From the IMG/VR virus record IMGVR_UViG_3300025162_000041, positions 18,908-82,907 of that record: a stretch of DNA of 64,000 nucleotides; one strand, 5' to 3'. Under the pieces are notes generated by a model. The model was not told the origin of the DNA. It saw nothing but the letters and a program-made list of their open reading frames with translations, and searched no databases. How positions within the stretch are numbered: the first letter of the stretch is position 1; each line of letters starts with the position of its first letter. The position numbers and the translations under genes are program-made. Source of the DNA: a virus. Shown piece by piece: positions 7,901 through 17,377 of the stretch.

Positions 7901-10762
7901 CTTAAGGAAAATGACAGTTTAATGCCATTTTATAGAAAATTAAGTCCTGAAAAGGGTGGAATGAATAAATATGAAATGGTGTATAATCCACGGTCTAATA
8001 AACATGAATATACGCATCGGGTTGTTGCGGAATCCTGCGGAATAAAAACCGACAAAACGAATAGAATTTTACACCACAAAAATTTTAATAAATATGACAA
8101 TTCGCCCATAAACTTAGTTCCGATGGAGTTTTTTGAACACCGCAATCTTCATTCTGAACATTGTATTAAAACTCTACACACCCCAGAAGTCATTGAAAAA
8201 AGAAGAAAAAGTTTGGATAAATATCTTCGTTCAAATGATAGGAAAGAAAGACTTAGTAGAGAAATGAAGGGGGTAAAAGTAAAGTATTTTCAAGATTATA
8301 ATAACTCGGACTTACATGCTATCCATAACGAAATACGGTCAAAATTAAAAACTGAAATGTGGGCAGACCCGTCTCGTAGAGCGGTAGCAATCGGAAATAT
8401 GAAGATGGGGTGGACTCCTGAACGCCGAGAGTTAGCGAGTAAGAGAATGAAGGAATTTAGAAAAAATGGAGTTTTAACAAATCATAAAGTAAAATGTATT
8501 GAAATAATAAATGAAAATACTGATGTATACTGTATGACTGTCGTTGGTCCTGGTGGGGAACAGGATAGACACAATTTTGCTATATGCGGAAAGGATATGG
8601 AAGGAAACATAACCAAAACTAGTGGCGTATTTATTAAAAACTGTAAATATGGTGATTTTTTCTTAAAACTATATATTACACCCGAGTATGGTATTTACAT
8701 GGTCGAGCCAATTTCGGCTTACAATGTAGAACGGATTGAAAATTCTGATCCTACTAATAAGCGATATGTCAAGTTCCAACTTCGTCCTTCGGATACATCA
8801 CAGGCTGAAATTCTTGAAAATTATGAAGTAGCTCATTTTCGACTTATTTCCGATTCGAATTTTTTGCCCTACGGCAAGTCGATGATTGAAGGTGGAAGGA
8901 GGGTATGGAAGCAACTTTCACTCATGGAAGACGCTATGCTTATCAGTCGTATCATGCGTGCTCCTGAAAGACGTATTTTCTATACTGATATTGGCAATAT
9001 TCCGCCGAATGAAGTGGACGCTTACATGCAGAAAATGATGGATAAGATGAAGAAAGTGCCATATATTGATGAGCAAACGGGCGAATACAATCTTCGATTT
9101 AACCTTCAGAACATGATTGAGGATTATTATATTCCAGTTCGTGGTGGTGATAGTGGAACTAAGATTGATTCATTACCTGGAATGGAATGGACGGGTATTG
9201 ACGATCTTGAGTATATCAAGACGAAGATGATGGCAGCACTTAAGATTCCAAAAGCCTTTTTAGGATATGACGACGCAATAGCAGGTAAAGCTACTTTGGC
9301 TTGTGTTGTTCCCGAGACACGAGTACCTTTGCTCAACGGACTTACAAAAACAGTAAAAGAACTAATTGATGATTATAACAACGGTATAAAAAATTATGTT
9401 TATTCCATTGATGAAGAAACCAAAAACATTGTTCCGGGTGAAGTAGAATGGGCAGGATTCACTAGAATGGATACTGATGTTGTGCGAGTTTATTTGGATA
9501 ATACACAATATATTGATTGCACTTCTGACCATCGTTTTATGACGAGAGATGGCAATTGGCTGGAAGCCAAGGATTTAGTGGAAGGACAATCATTAATGCC
9601 ATTATATAGAAAAAATCAAATAATGCGTAAAAAACTGGATTATGAAATGGTTTATAATCCCTCTGCGGGGCGACCAAGGGCGGTTAAAAACCATAAAGTA
9701 ATAAAAATAGAACTATTATCCGAAAGAAGAGATACGTGTGACATAACAATAAAAAAGTATCATAACTTTGCAACTTCGGCGGGAGTTATTGTCCACAATT
9801 CGGAGGATGTGCGATTTGCTCGTACTATTCAACGTTTACAACGTATTATTACATCAGAACTTAGCAAGATTGCTATTGTTCATTTATATGCTCAAGGTTA
9901 CCGTGACGAATCGCTTGTTGATTTTGAACTTGAACTGACTAATCCATCGACCATTTTCGAGAAGGAGAAGCTTGAAATTTGGCAGGATAAAGTGAGTGTA
10001 TCCATTGATATGGTAGAGAACAAGTTTTTCTCTTATAAATGGATTTACAAGAATATATTCAATATGTCTGAAGACGACATTGAGCAAGTGCAAGAAGAAG
10101 TTGTTGAAGATGCCAAGCAGCGTTATCGTTTCACCAAGATTGAAGAGGATGGCGATGATCCAGCCAAACCATTCAAGAAGATAGGTGGAAAGGGTGACGG
10201 GGATGATAAAGATAAAGGTGGTCTTGGAGGTCTTGACATTGGTGGTGGAGGCGGTGGTGGAGGCGGTGGTGGAGGCGGTGGGCTTCCAGATCTAGATGAC
10301 CTTGGCGACATTAGCCCCGAAGGTGGGGAAGGAGAAGAAGGTGAGGAGGGAGAGGGCGAAAAAGAAGAAGAACTTCCCGACCTTACGAAAATTAAGGAAG
10401 TTGTAGAAGACACGCGTGATCGCAGTGATAGGGATCAAAGTGACCGAGATCAAAGTGACCGACACCAAGATGGTGAAAAGAAAGCTCCTAATACAACAGA
10501 AGATCCAATTGGTCGTCTTGAACGTTCTGCAACACCAAAGAAAAAGAGCGAGGGAAAGAGAGTTAGTGCCATTCAACATAATTACGAAGGTGGCACTCCA
10601 TTGCGCTTACGTGAGAGAGCATCTCCACCTATAGATAAGGGTATGATTAGTAGTCTTTCTGACTTCCTTAAAAAGACTCAGCCAGAGACCAAACAAGAAC
10701 TCTTGCGAGAGAATCAATTGACGAGAAGCAAGTCTATGTTAGATGAAACTCAATTGCTATAG
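4937..10762 (+). CDS. portal protein (T4 gp20-like) with four inteins
   Basis: Portal motifs EDAMLISRIMRAPERRIFYTDIGN, EDYYIPVRGG and EDVRFARTIQRLQ; about 700 aa after removing the inteins. Confidence 0.95.
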   Translation: MPTNTNMSLKPFDDEILDVKKQSLYARLKRLFSTDVIVRNVGGKQLKIKDTDSIMYATDRNSLRDRFNRIRSTAYNAYTRDFALSYQAARMDLFRDYDCVGPDTIIPLPDGSRPTIKELTEKYKDKPQERFYVFSYDHETDSIKLGRAFHPRKKGGGTREGFKVTFDDGQYVIGSIKHPFLMRNGEYKMIYDLKVGDSVMPFYQKDFYGHGYRHLYNFSRGWQSEHKIVAEQFERPLKENEVVHHRNFNKTNNSPDNLQIMIESEHKAYHCKIIADKLWSPENKQKTINKVQASEGYKNRKCHKWNGERQGGNNPFYGKTHTEESNEKRSKTLKEVFVNRDQNGNKNPKYRKDLTIEVLRIKANEYYKKNGKLTLWGLIKDIGCDYTTIQNRFRYYNCDWDTFKNDVVSTLNHKIKSIESIGQIDVYDVTVEQFANFATDSVFVKNTMDMDPILSCLSGDTCISTLNGFVPIKELAEKYSGDETFKVWSWDKDSQKLTVGNAHHPRKTGTKSVIEVHLDNREVLKCTSDHRIMLVDGTYKEAGQLMSGDSLMPFYHRQNRNGYQEIKSLGKRFKCTHRYIFEDVLTEQDLVGSNIHHKNHNKLDNRLENLELMTALEHMRLHGISPITKGKKSINSKEWWENLEYRTKCSGALKKYQASDEGKKMMSEHTSLINTERWKNDSDYALKMASIFSEHAKSMWSDPVWKEWKRKKHSETMRLKYANDPIFREQIKRVGHENGRYKDLVTTESILIEGTKYNSLVEFARIFDFNGLVFKNDQYKCQFISRRLKEAGYDGWTDYRNKFEYSNHKVTKIVDNNEVVDVYDLTVDIYENFAIKQGIILSNSALDIFSDECLTYNEVGKMITVHSTNNNVKRILENLFDEILNVRFNLWSWTRNMPVKYDSYIPLLSGENIRIDELSKRVKSGEEIWVYSVQDGTNQTVPGKVIWCDKNYISDKTIKVIFDDNSYVETAPEHPFILRDGQEKRAEELKENDSLMPFYRKLSPEKGGMNKYEMVYNPRSNKHEYTHRVVAESCGIKTDKTNRILHHKNFNKYDNSPINLVPMEFFEHRNLHSEHCIKTLHTPEVIEKRRKSLDKYLRSNDRKERLSREMKGVKVKYFQDYNNSDLHAIHNEIRSKLKTEMWADPSRRAVAIGNMKMGWTPERRELASKRMKEFRKNGVLTNHKVKCIEIINENTDVYCMTVVGPGGEQDRHNFAICGKDMEGNITKTSGVFIKNCKYGDFFLKLYITPEYGIYMVEPISAYNVERIENSDPTNKRYVKFQLRPSDTSQAEILENYEVAHFRLISDSNFLPYGKSMIEGGRRVWKQLSLMEDAMLISRIMRAPERRIFYTDIGNIPPNEVDAYMQKMMDKMKKVPYIDEQTGEYNLRFNLQNMIEDYYIPVRGGDSGTKIDSLPGMEWTGIDDLEYIKTKMMAALKIPKAFLGYDDAIAGKATLACVVPETRVPLLNGLTKTVKELIDDYNNGIKNYVYSIDEETKNIVPGEVEWAGFTRMDTDVVRVYLDNTQYIDCTSDHRFMTRDGNWLEAKDLVEGQSLMPLYRKNQIMRKKLDYEMVYNPSAGRPRAVKNHKVIKIELLSERRDTCDITIKKYHNFATSAGVIVHNSEDVRFARTIQRLQRIITSELSKIAIVHLYAQGYRDESLVDFELELTNPSTIFEKEKLEIWQDKVSVSIDMVENKFFSYKWIYKNIFNMSEDDIEQVQEEVVEDAKQRYRFTKIEEDGDDPAKPFKKIGGKGDGDDKDKGGLGGLDIGGGGGGGGGGGGGGLPDLDDLGDISPEGGEGEEGEEGEGEKEEELPDLTKIKEVVEDTRDRSDRDQSDRDQSDRHQDGEKKAPNTTEDPIGRLERSATPKKKSEGKRVSAIQHNYEGGTPLRLRERASPPIDKGMISSLSDFLKKTQPETKQELLRENQLTRSKSMLDETQLL
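5231..6274 (+). mobile_element. portal intein 1 (HNH + NUMOD3, 348 aa)
   Basis: CVGPDT...VYDVTV...VFVKN|T; HNH motif VHHRNFNKTNNSPDNL; NUMOD3-like NPFYGKTHTEES. Confidence 0.9.
6302..7465 (+). mobile_element. portal intein 2 (HNH, 388 aa)
   Basis: CLSGDT...TSDH...VYDLTV...ILSN|S; HNH motif IHHKNHNKLDNRLENL. Confidence 0.9.
7628..8641 (+). mobile_element. portal intein 3 (HNH, N-terminal Pro, 338 aa)
   Basis: Removing PVKYDS...VFIKN restores WSWTRNM|CKYGDFF; block B TAPEHP, block F VYCMTV, HNH motif LHHKNFNKYDNSPINL. Confidence 0.85.
9302..9799 (+). mobile_element. portal intein 4 (mini-intein, 166 aa)
   Basis: CVVPET...TSDH...IVHN|S; endonuclease deleted, with only a YEMVYNP remnant. Confidence 0.9.
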
Positions 10763-10846
10763 AAATATGGATATAATCCAACGGATATAATCTTAGATTT
10801 TGCCCGAACAAAGGTATATTTATAATATAGTTGAAGAGATTTGTCT

Positions 10847-11734
10847 ATGCAAAATCAAAAGAAAATGCGCCATTCCAAATTCCGTAATACTGGAATCTTG
10901 TTTGAGCTACTCACCAAACAGGTCACTGCCGATATTATTTCGGGCAGGGATACTTCCGCTGCGAAGGACTTGCTTCACAAGTATTTTCGGGAGACTACCG
11001 AACTTGGGCGTGAGTGGCAACTATATAGTACCCTGTTGAACGAAAAAATCAAAGATGAACCCCATGCTGAACGGTTCTTTTCTGTTATTTTGGAAGCCCG
11101 CAAGAAACTGAATGGTAGGAAACTTTCCCTTCTTAAATATGATTTAATCAAAGAGATTAAGGATGCATATCCCATTGAAGAAATGCTTAAAGCTCCTGTT
11201 CGGAATTATCGAGTTTTGGCCTCTATATATAAAGTCTTCGAAAATTCTGTATCCTCGGAATGTAAGTTTGATGTCAAAGAAGTATATCAATCAAAAAACT
11301 GTATAGTAGAACACATTGTTGACCGACCAAAAGTTATACATTCCGAAGATGAACTCATTAATTATTATAAAACTCAGACTGAGGATATACGTCTTCTTAC
11401 TTATAAACTTCTATGTGAAAAGTTCAATGACAAATATGCCACTTCATTGGACGATGACCAGAAAGCAGTTTTACGCGAATACATTTGCAACGTTGCCAAT
11501 ACAAATAATTTTGATGTTTTCGTGAAACAAAAGGTTACTAAAATTAAAAAGTCTTTGACTGAAGCAATTGACAAAATCAGAGATTCGGATGTAATGAGAA
11601 TTAAAATTCGTGAAATTGTCAATCAACTTGATAGAATTAATCCAGGTAAGATAGTCAAAGATAACCACGTCATGGTATTGATGCTATCCTATGAACTACT
11701 CAAGGAAGTACGCAAACAACTTAATGGAAAATAA
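10847..11734 (+). CDS. head-module hypothetical protein (possible prohead core component)
   Basis: Helical ORF between portal and protease, preceded by TATTTATA at 10817-10824. Confidence 0.6.
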   Translation: MQNQKKMRHSKFRNTGILFELLTKQVTADIISGRDTSAAKDLLHKYFRETTELGREWQLYSTLLNEKIKDEPHAERFFSVILEARKKLNGRKLSLLKYDLIKEIKDAYPIEEMLKAPVRNYRVLASIYKVFENSVSSECKFDVKEVYQSKNCIVEHIVDRPKVIHSEDELINYYKTQTEDIRLLTYKLLCEKFNDKYATSLDDDQKAVLREYICNVANTNNFDVFVKQKVTKIKKSLTEAIDKIRDSDVMRIKIREIVNQLDRINPGKIVKDNHVMVLMLSYELLKEVRKQLNGK

Positions 11735-11752
11735 ATATTAAAGGATATCGCA

Positions 11753-12991
11753 ATGATTATAGACATTAACATTCTTAAGAGACTCGGAGACCGTTTTGCT
11801 GTTTGTCCTGTTTCTTCTGCCCCTCCGCCACTTCAAGCTGCATTAAAGAAATCAGAAGCTATCTTTATCAAAGCCCCTGCAGGAGTTGAACCCTCAATTA
11901 CTGGTGGTGAATACCAATGGGATGACGAAATTAGTGGTTATCGTTTTGGTAACAATCAAAAGCTCTTTGTGGCCCCCGATGGAACTACCATATGGATATT
12001 TAAAGATGTTCTTCTTCGTATTCTTAAGCTTGACCGTGTTCAAAAATGGACTTCTGGAGATGCGGAATATCCAATGGGGAAAGCAAATGCCTTCTTTATT
12101 GTCTATGGAAAACTTACTGGACAGAATTTGGGTGAAGGCGAAACTGCGGGCGATGATGTTCCCGATGGCGAGACTGAACCAGGTGATGGTGGTGGATTAG
12201 CAGTTGCTGGTGACGAGAATGCCCCTCCATATTCAAAAGAAGAGGTTCAACAGATGTTGAAGGGGGAATTTCCTGCAGATATTCCTACGGGGCCAAAAGC
12301 ATCAATGGCTACGTCAATTCCTGGCGAAGAACCTGTGGGTGAAGAACCCGTGGAACCTTTGGCTCCAATGTCTGGACCGTCCCCATCAAGATTGGCAAAA
12401 GGAAATACTCCGGTTAATACAGGAGGCGAAGCTGACAGAATTATTAGGACACTTAAGAAGATGTCACATGTTGATCCTGACGTTAAGATGAATAAGCAAC
12501 AACCAGTTCGTATACATGGCGATGAAATTATTAAGTTATGGCATAAAGCTAATTCAATGCCACCAGAGGAAGGTAAAATATTACATGCGTTCCTTACGAG
12601 TGGAGATATTTTACCTTTGGAAGAAGGAAAAATTAGTAAGCATCAACTTAAACGTCTAGTTGAAAGAATTGTTGAAGGAATTGTTAGTGAAGTGGAAAAA
12701 TCCAAGAAAAAAAAGTGGACTGTAAAATTCCAAGGTAAAAAGGAAAACGAAGATATACAACTGGAGCAAACAACTACGTCTGGTGGTGTGGATTCTTCTC
12801 CTGGCACTCCCGGTTACATTACTCCCGGGGCATTCGGTAAGAAGATGTCTCATCGAAAAGACCATATTGAAGTTCTCGGGTATAAGATGACTCCCCAAGG
12901 AGAAAAAGAATATAATAAGTCTGCCGATGCGCTTTATGAATCTATCAAAAAGCAAGTGAAGACGACGATTCTACATCATAAGCGCAAGTAA
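11753..12991 (+). CDS. hypothetical protein, acidic/Pro-rich, possible internal head protein
   Basis: 412-aa ORF with RBS; internal LKRLVERIVE motif. Confidence 0.6.
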   Translation: MIIDINILKRLGDRFAVCPVSSAPPPLQAALKKSEAIFIKAPAGVEPSITGGEYQWDDEISGYRFGNNQKLFVAPDGTTIWIFKDVLLRILKLDRVQKWTSGDAEYPMGKANAFFIVYGKLTGQNLGEGETAGDDVPDGETEPGDGGGLAVAGDENAPPYSKEEVQQMLKGEFPADIPTGPKASMATSIPGEEPVGEEPVEPLAPMSGPSPSRLAKGNTPVNTGGEADRIIRTLKKMSHVDPDVKMNKQQPVRIHGDEIIKLWHKANSMPPEEGKILHAFLTSGDILPLEEGKISKHQLKRLVERIVEGIVSEVEKSKKKKWTVKFQGKKENEDIQLEQTTTSGGVDSSPGTPGYITPGAFGKKMSHRKDHIEVLGYKMTPQGEKEYNKSADALYESIKKQVKTTILHHKRK

Positions 12992-13004
12992 TATAAGGAA
13001 TTGT

Positions 13005-13883
13005 GTGATACCTTCTCTTAAACGAATTGTAGAGTCCTATGGAGCCGAGGGTCAGTATTATGACCTTGGTAAGGATTTTTCTGCATTTCGTAGAATGATT
13101 GATGGTGCTGATCAGCAAGTCAAGCAGCAATATGAGAAACAAATTGCGTCTAAACTTGTAGGGAAACGTGTTCGGGCAAATGCTTCGCGGGGGTATAAGC
13201 AGTTTATAAAAAGTTATGAGTTTGATGTTGTCCGAGTCACATTGGATGATTACTATGATAACTTTGTAGTAATAGCCTATGATAGTACGACTCCAAAACC
13301 AAAGGAATATTTTCTTAAGACGGGGTTCAAAATTCAGATTCTCGGACCTGCTACAGGGCAACCTTCTCCGCAAAAGGGAGGAGACCCTCGCTTCGAGAAG
13401 CCCAAACAGGTTGGTCCAATGCCCATTCAACCTGGACAGAATCCTAATGTAGCTCAATCACAGCCTATGGCATTAGCACCAGCGGGAGCAACTCCGAAAG
13501 AGACTCCGATGGAAGAAAATAAAGAGCAAGATGGACTTTATGATGCTTATGGAATGGATGAAATTTCTCAAGACATCAAAAGATGGATGCCAAAGCTGCT
13601 TAAGAAGCCAGAAACTCAACTACGTGAGTTTATTAAAGGGCTTGGATGGAAGAAGAATCTCGATAAAGGAACTACGGTGGCATTATTCGATTTAAGAATT
13701 CCTTCCATTATGGTTAAGCCTAACAATAATGAGCAAACCATTCGGGATATGCTTGCACAAGAGAGTGCGAACCCAAGGCCGGGGGAAAAGGCGGGAACAC
13801 GGTATGAATTGGTTAAATGTGAACCCGACCAAGAAAAAGGCGAATGGACTGTTCGCATAAAGAAAGTAATCTCACAAGTATGA
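13005..13883 (+). CDS. hypothetical protein
   Basis: GTG start with RBS aagga; N-terminus IPSLKRIVES; stop overlaps the protease ATG. Confidence 0.65.
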   Translation: MIPSLKRIVESYGAEGQYYDLGKDFSAFRRMIDGADQQVKQQYEKQIASKLVGKRVRANASRGYKQFIKSYEFDVVRVTLDDYYDNFVVIAYDSTTPKPKEYFLKTGFKIQILGPATGQPSPQKGGDPRFEKPKQVGPMPIQPGQNPNVAQSQPMALAPAGATPKETPMEENKEQDGLYDAYGMDEISQDIKRWMPKLLKKPETQLREFIKGLGWKKNLDKGTTVALFDLRIPSIMVKPNNNEQTIRDMLAQESANPRPGEKAGTRYELVKCEPDQEKGEWTVRIKKVISQV

Positions 13884-15619
13884 ATACACAAAAGAAACTC
13901 TTAATGGAATGCATTACGTTTGAAGCAAATCCACGAATGCTTCGAGAGTCAACATTGCATCCTAATCAGCCGTTTACGGTACAGGGGGTTCTGCAACGCA
14001 AAGGCAAAAAAAATCAAAACGGACGTATATATCCCGACGAGATTCTTATTCGTGAAGCCAATAAATATGCTCAGACGTTCATCCAAGACCATCGTGCTAT
14101 GGGGGAATTAGATCATCCAGAATGTTATCGGGTTGGTGCAGAAATATTTACGAATAGTGGATGGAAAGATTTACGAAATGTGGTTGTTGGTGAGTTAATA
14201 CCAACGTTGAATACGGTTACGAATACCATAGAATATAATCCAATTGAGCGAGTTATAAATGAACAATATAACGGTAAAATGGTATCTATTAAAGGAAAAA
14301 ATATAGATATTCTAGTTACTCCAAATCATAGATTTATTCTACAAACTAGATCAGATAGAGAACAACAAGTTATAGAAAAAACTGCCCAAGAAATATTGAA
14401 CATTTCTAAATTAACAAGAAATACACATTTATCCATTCCTATCGTAGCGGAAAATTGGAATGGATATAAGTATGATATCTATAAAATAGATGCTATTAAT
14501 ATTGAGGACATTGCCAATAATCAATCAAAAGATTATAATATTAAACAAACCACGGCACTTAATTTAGATGCCTCAGCATGGTTTTCGTTTCTTGGATTTT
14601 ATTTGGCAGAAGGACATTGTTCGGATAGAACAAATCGGAACGGTTATGAAATATTTATTACGCAAAATAAGGGAGAAATAGCAGATAAGTTTAGAGAAGT
14701 ATTGCATAATTTGAGTTCCGAATTAAAATGGAATGAGTGGGATAAAGGTGATAATGCAATTACGTTTAATACTTCTGATGCCCGTTTATGGACATATCTT
14801 TCCAAATTGGGAACTAAATATACTAAATATATTCCGCAAGATATAAAGAATGCTTCGTCTGAGTTATTGCAAAATTTGTATGATTGGTTTCTTAATGGAG
14901 ATGGTTCAGTGGTCGGAGATTATGAAAGGACATCTATATTTTCTGTATCTAAAAAACTGATGGAAGATTTTTATGATGTTATCCTTAAACTCGGAATGAC
15001 AGGTGTTATTAAAGAACAAATAACAACTGATGATTATATGTTTGCGGGACGATTGATTGAGGCAAAAAATAAATCTCCATTATATCGTTTATGGATTAAA
15101 GAATCAAAAGCAATTCATCTTGATTTCAGGTTTATAAAAATCGAAGAAGTGGATTATGATAGCACTGTTCATTGTGTTACTGTAAAAAATGGAACATTTT
15201 ATTGTCGGGATCATGGATTCCCTTTCTGGTCTGGAAATTCATCGGTTGTCAACCTGAAGAATGTATCCCATAATGTGCTCGAAATGCATTGGAATGGCGA
15301 TGATCTTATGGGAACTATTGAAATTCTTACGACTCCGAATGGCAACATTTTGCGTGAGCTATTTCGCAATGGTATTAAGCTTGGAATTTCAAGTCGTGGA
15401 CTTGGAACACTCAAGAAAATTTCTGAAAGTTCAGCCGTTGTTGGTGATGATTTTGAATTGATTGCGTTTGATTTTGTCTCAAATCCGAGCACTCAAGGAG
15501 CATTTATGTCTCCCGTAGGTCAAATTCCACTTTCCGAGGGTATTGTAAAAGACATGTTTACGGGGAAGTGGGCACGAACCGATGATATAGTAAGAAATAT
15601 CTTGTCCGAATTAAATTGA
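13880..15619 (+). CDS. prohead core protease (T4 gp21-like), intein-containing
   Basis: Motifs NQNGRIYP, GELDHP, LGISSRGLG and FDFVSNPS; ATG at 13880 overlaps the upstream stop (ATGA). Confidence 0.93.
   Translation: MNTQKKLLMECITFEANPRMLRESTLHPNQPFTVQGVLQRKGKKNQNGRIYPDEILIREANKYAQTFIQDHRAMGELDHPECYRVGAEIFTNSGWKDLRNVVVGELIPTLNTVTNTIEYNPIERVINEQYNGKMVSIKGKNIDILVTPNHRFILQTRSDREQQVIEKTAQEILNISKLTRNTHLSIPIVAENWNGYKYDIYKIDAINIEDIANNQSKDYNIKQTTALNLDASAWFSFLGFYLAEGHCSDRTNRNGYEIFITQNKGEIADKFREVLHNLSSELKWNEWDKGDNAITFNTSDARLWTYLSKLGTKYTKYIPQDIKNASSELLQNLYDWFLNGDGSVVGDYERTSIFSVSKKLMEDFYDVILKLGMTGVIKEQITTDDYMFAGRLIEAKNKSPLYRLWIKESKAIHLDFRFIKIEEVDYDSTVHCVTVKNGTFYCRDHGFPFWSGNSSVVNLKNVSHNVLEMHWNGDDLMGTIEILTTPNGNILRELFRNGIKLGISSRGLGTLKKISESSAVVGDDFELIAFDFVSNPSTQGAFMSPVGQIPLSEGIVKDMFTGKWARTDDIVRNILSELN
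14123..15238 (+). mobile_element. LAGLIDADG intein in prohead protease (372 aa)
   Basis: DHPE|CYRVGAE...TPNH...VHCVTV...WSGN|S; motifs GFYLAEG and FLNGDG. Confidence 0.92.
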
Positions 15620-15643
15620 CATTTTGACTTTGTTGCGATATAG
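15615..15643 (+). promoter_or_regulatory. sigma70-like promoter of endonuclease gene
   Basis: TTGACA-17 nt-TATAGT. Confidence 0.6.
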
Positions 15644-15665
15644 TATAAGCAATAAAGTCAAAATT

Positions 15666-17366
15666 ATGGATATAGAAAATTTAAAGCAATGGATAGCAAA
15701 TAATTTACAATATTCGCGTGGATTAATTTGTAAAAAGTGTAAGCGAGAATGGTTTGAGAAATATGGATTTATAGATCAGTGGGATCGGATTCATGTTGCT
15801 ACACAATTTCTAGATAATCTTTTGCCGACCTTTCCTCAGAGGGTATGGCACATTGTAAATGACAGTCTAACAGTTAAATGCAACAATCCTTCCTGTCAAA
15901 ATACGCCACAATTTTGGTCATTTAATGTTGGATATCTTCGGACATGTTCTAATTCGTGTGCTCAATATGACCCCAATACTATTAACAAAATACAGGCAAC
16001 TAATCTCAAAAAATATGGGTGCAAATATGGATTGGAGAACAGAGATATTATATTGAAGCGGGAAGTTACTATGGGTAAAAAATATGGAGTAGAGAATATT
16101 TCTCAAGTCGATGGAATATCCGAAAAAAAACAAGAGACTTGTTTAAAGAATTATGGATCGAAATGGTTTTTAGAAAGAAGTGATTTAATTAAAAAATGCA
16201 TTAATAATAAATATGGAGTGGATAATGTACAACAAGTAACGGAAATAGCAGATAAATCTTCCTGTACAAAAATGGATAATTTTTATGAGTTATTATTGGA
16301 ATCGACTCGGTTTGAAGGGAAGGTAACTCCATCTTTTTCGAAAGAAGAATACAATGGAACTTGCAGAAAATATAAATTTATATGTAATGTATGTAAATTG
16401 GAATTTGAGTATGAGTTGCGATGGGACAGGATTCCTCGGTGTCCAGTATGTTATAAAAGTTCATCAGTCTTTGAAAAAGATGTAAGCGAATATGTAAAAT
16501 CAATTTTGCCAACCGCAAGTGTTATAGAGAATACAAAGTCAGTGTTAGCAAACAATTATGAATTGGATATCTATATTCCGTCTAAAAATATTGCTATAGA
16601 ATGTAACGGATTATTTTGGCATGGAGAGGTTGGTGGGAACAAGAATAAGAATTATCATTTGTTAAAAACAATAGAATGTGAATCTAAAGGAATACATTTA
16701 ATTCATATATTTGAAGACGAATGGAACAATAAAAATCTTATTATAAAAGAAAAATTGAAATATATAATTGGAAATATTAAACCCATCTCGGTTTATGCGC
16801 GAAAATGTAAAATTATAAATGTATTTATTTCTGATAAAAAAGAATTTCTAAACCAAAATCATATACAGGGAAATGATACTTCCAAAATACATATAGGATT
16901 GGAATGGGAAAGCAAGTTGGTATCGGTAATGACATTTTCGTCTAAGCGATGTTTTATTGGATATAAGAATAAAACTAAGAACGATGAAGAATTTGAATTG
17001 TGTAGATATACATCATTGAGTGGACATAGTGTAATAGGAGGGGCGTCAAAATTACTATCATATTTTATAAAAACGTATTGTCCCAAGAAAATAATATCAT
17101 ATGCCGATAGAAGATGGACATATAGCAAAGACAATTTATATGAGAAAATAGGATTCGAGAAGGTATCGGACGGGACTCCTAATTATTGGTATTTCGGACG
17201 GGATGGAAATTATAGACGACTTCATAGATTTGGATTTAGAAAGAATGTTCTTTCCAAGAGGTTGGCGATATTTGATTCTAATCTGACAGAATGGGAAAAT
17301 ATGCAATTGAATGGATGGGATAGAATATGGGATTGCGGAAGTTTAAAATACGAAATGGCTGTTTAG
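15666..17366 (+). CDS. Hef-like free-standing homing endonuclease (repeats + Zn finger + Vsr/PD-(D/E)xK + GNAT-like C-terminus)
   Basis: KKYG repeats, ELDIYIP..NIAIECNG.FWH, IHIFEDEW, SYADRRW and RIWDCG. Confidence 0.75.
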   Translation: MDIENLKQWIANNLQYSRGLICKKCKREWFEKYGFIDQWDRIHVATQFLDNLLPTFPQRVWHIVNDSLTVKCNNPSCQNTPQFWSFNVGYLRTCSNSCAQYDPNTINKIQATNLKKYGCKYGLENRDIILKREVTMGKKYGVENISQVDGISEKKQETCLKNYGSKWFLERSDLIKKCINNKYGVDNVQQVTEIADKSSCTKMDNFYELLLESTRFEGKVTPSFSKEEYNGTCRKYKFICNVCKLEFEYELRWDRIPRCPVCYKSSSVFEKDVSEYVKSILPTASVIENTKSVLANNYELDIYIPSKNIAIECNGLFWHGEVGGNKNKNYHLLKTIECESKGIHLIHIFEDEWNNKNLIIKEKLKYIIGNIKPISVYARKCKIINVFISDKKEFLNQNHIQGNDTSKIHIGLEWESKLVSVMTFSSKRCFIGYKNKTKNDEEFELCRYTSLSGHSVIGGASKLLSYFIKTYCPKKIISYADRRWTYSKDNLYEKIGFEKVSDGTPNYWYFGRDGNYRRLHRFGFRKNVLSKRLAIFDSNLTEWENMQLNGWDRIWDCGSLKYEMAV

Positions 17367-17377
17367 AGCATATTTAT

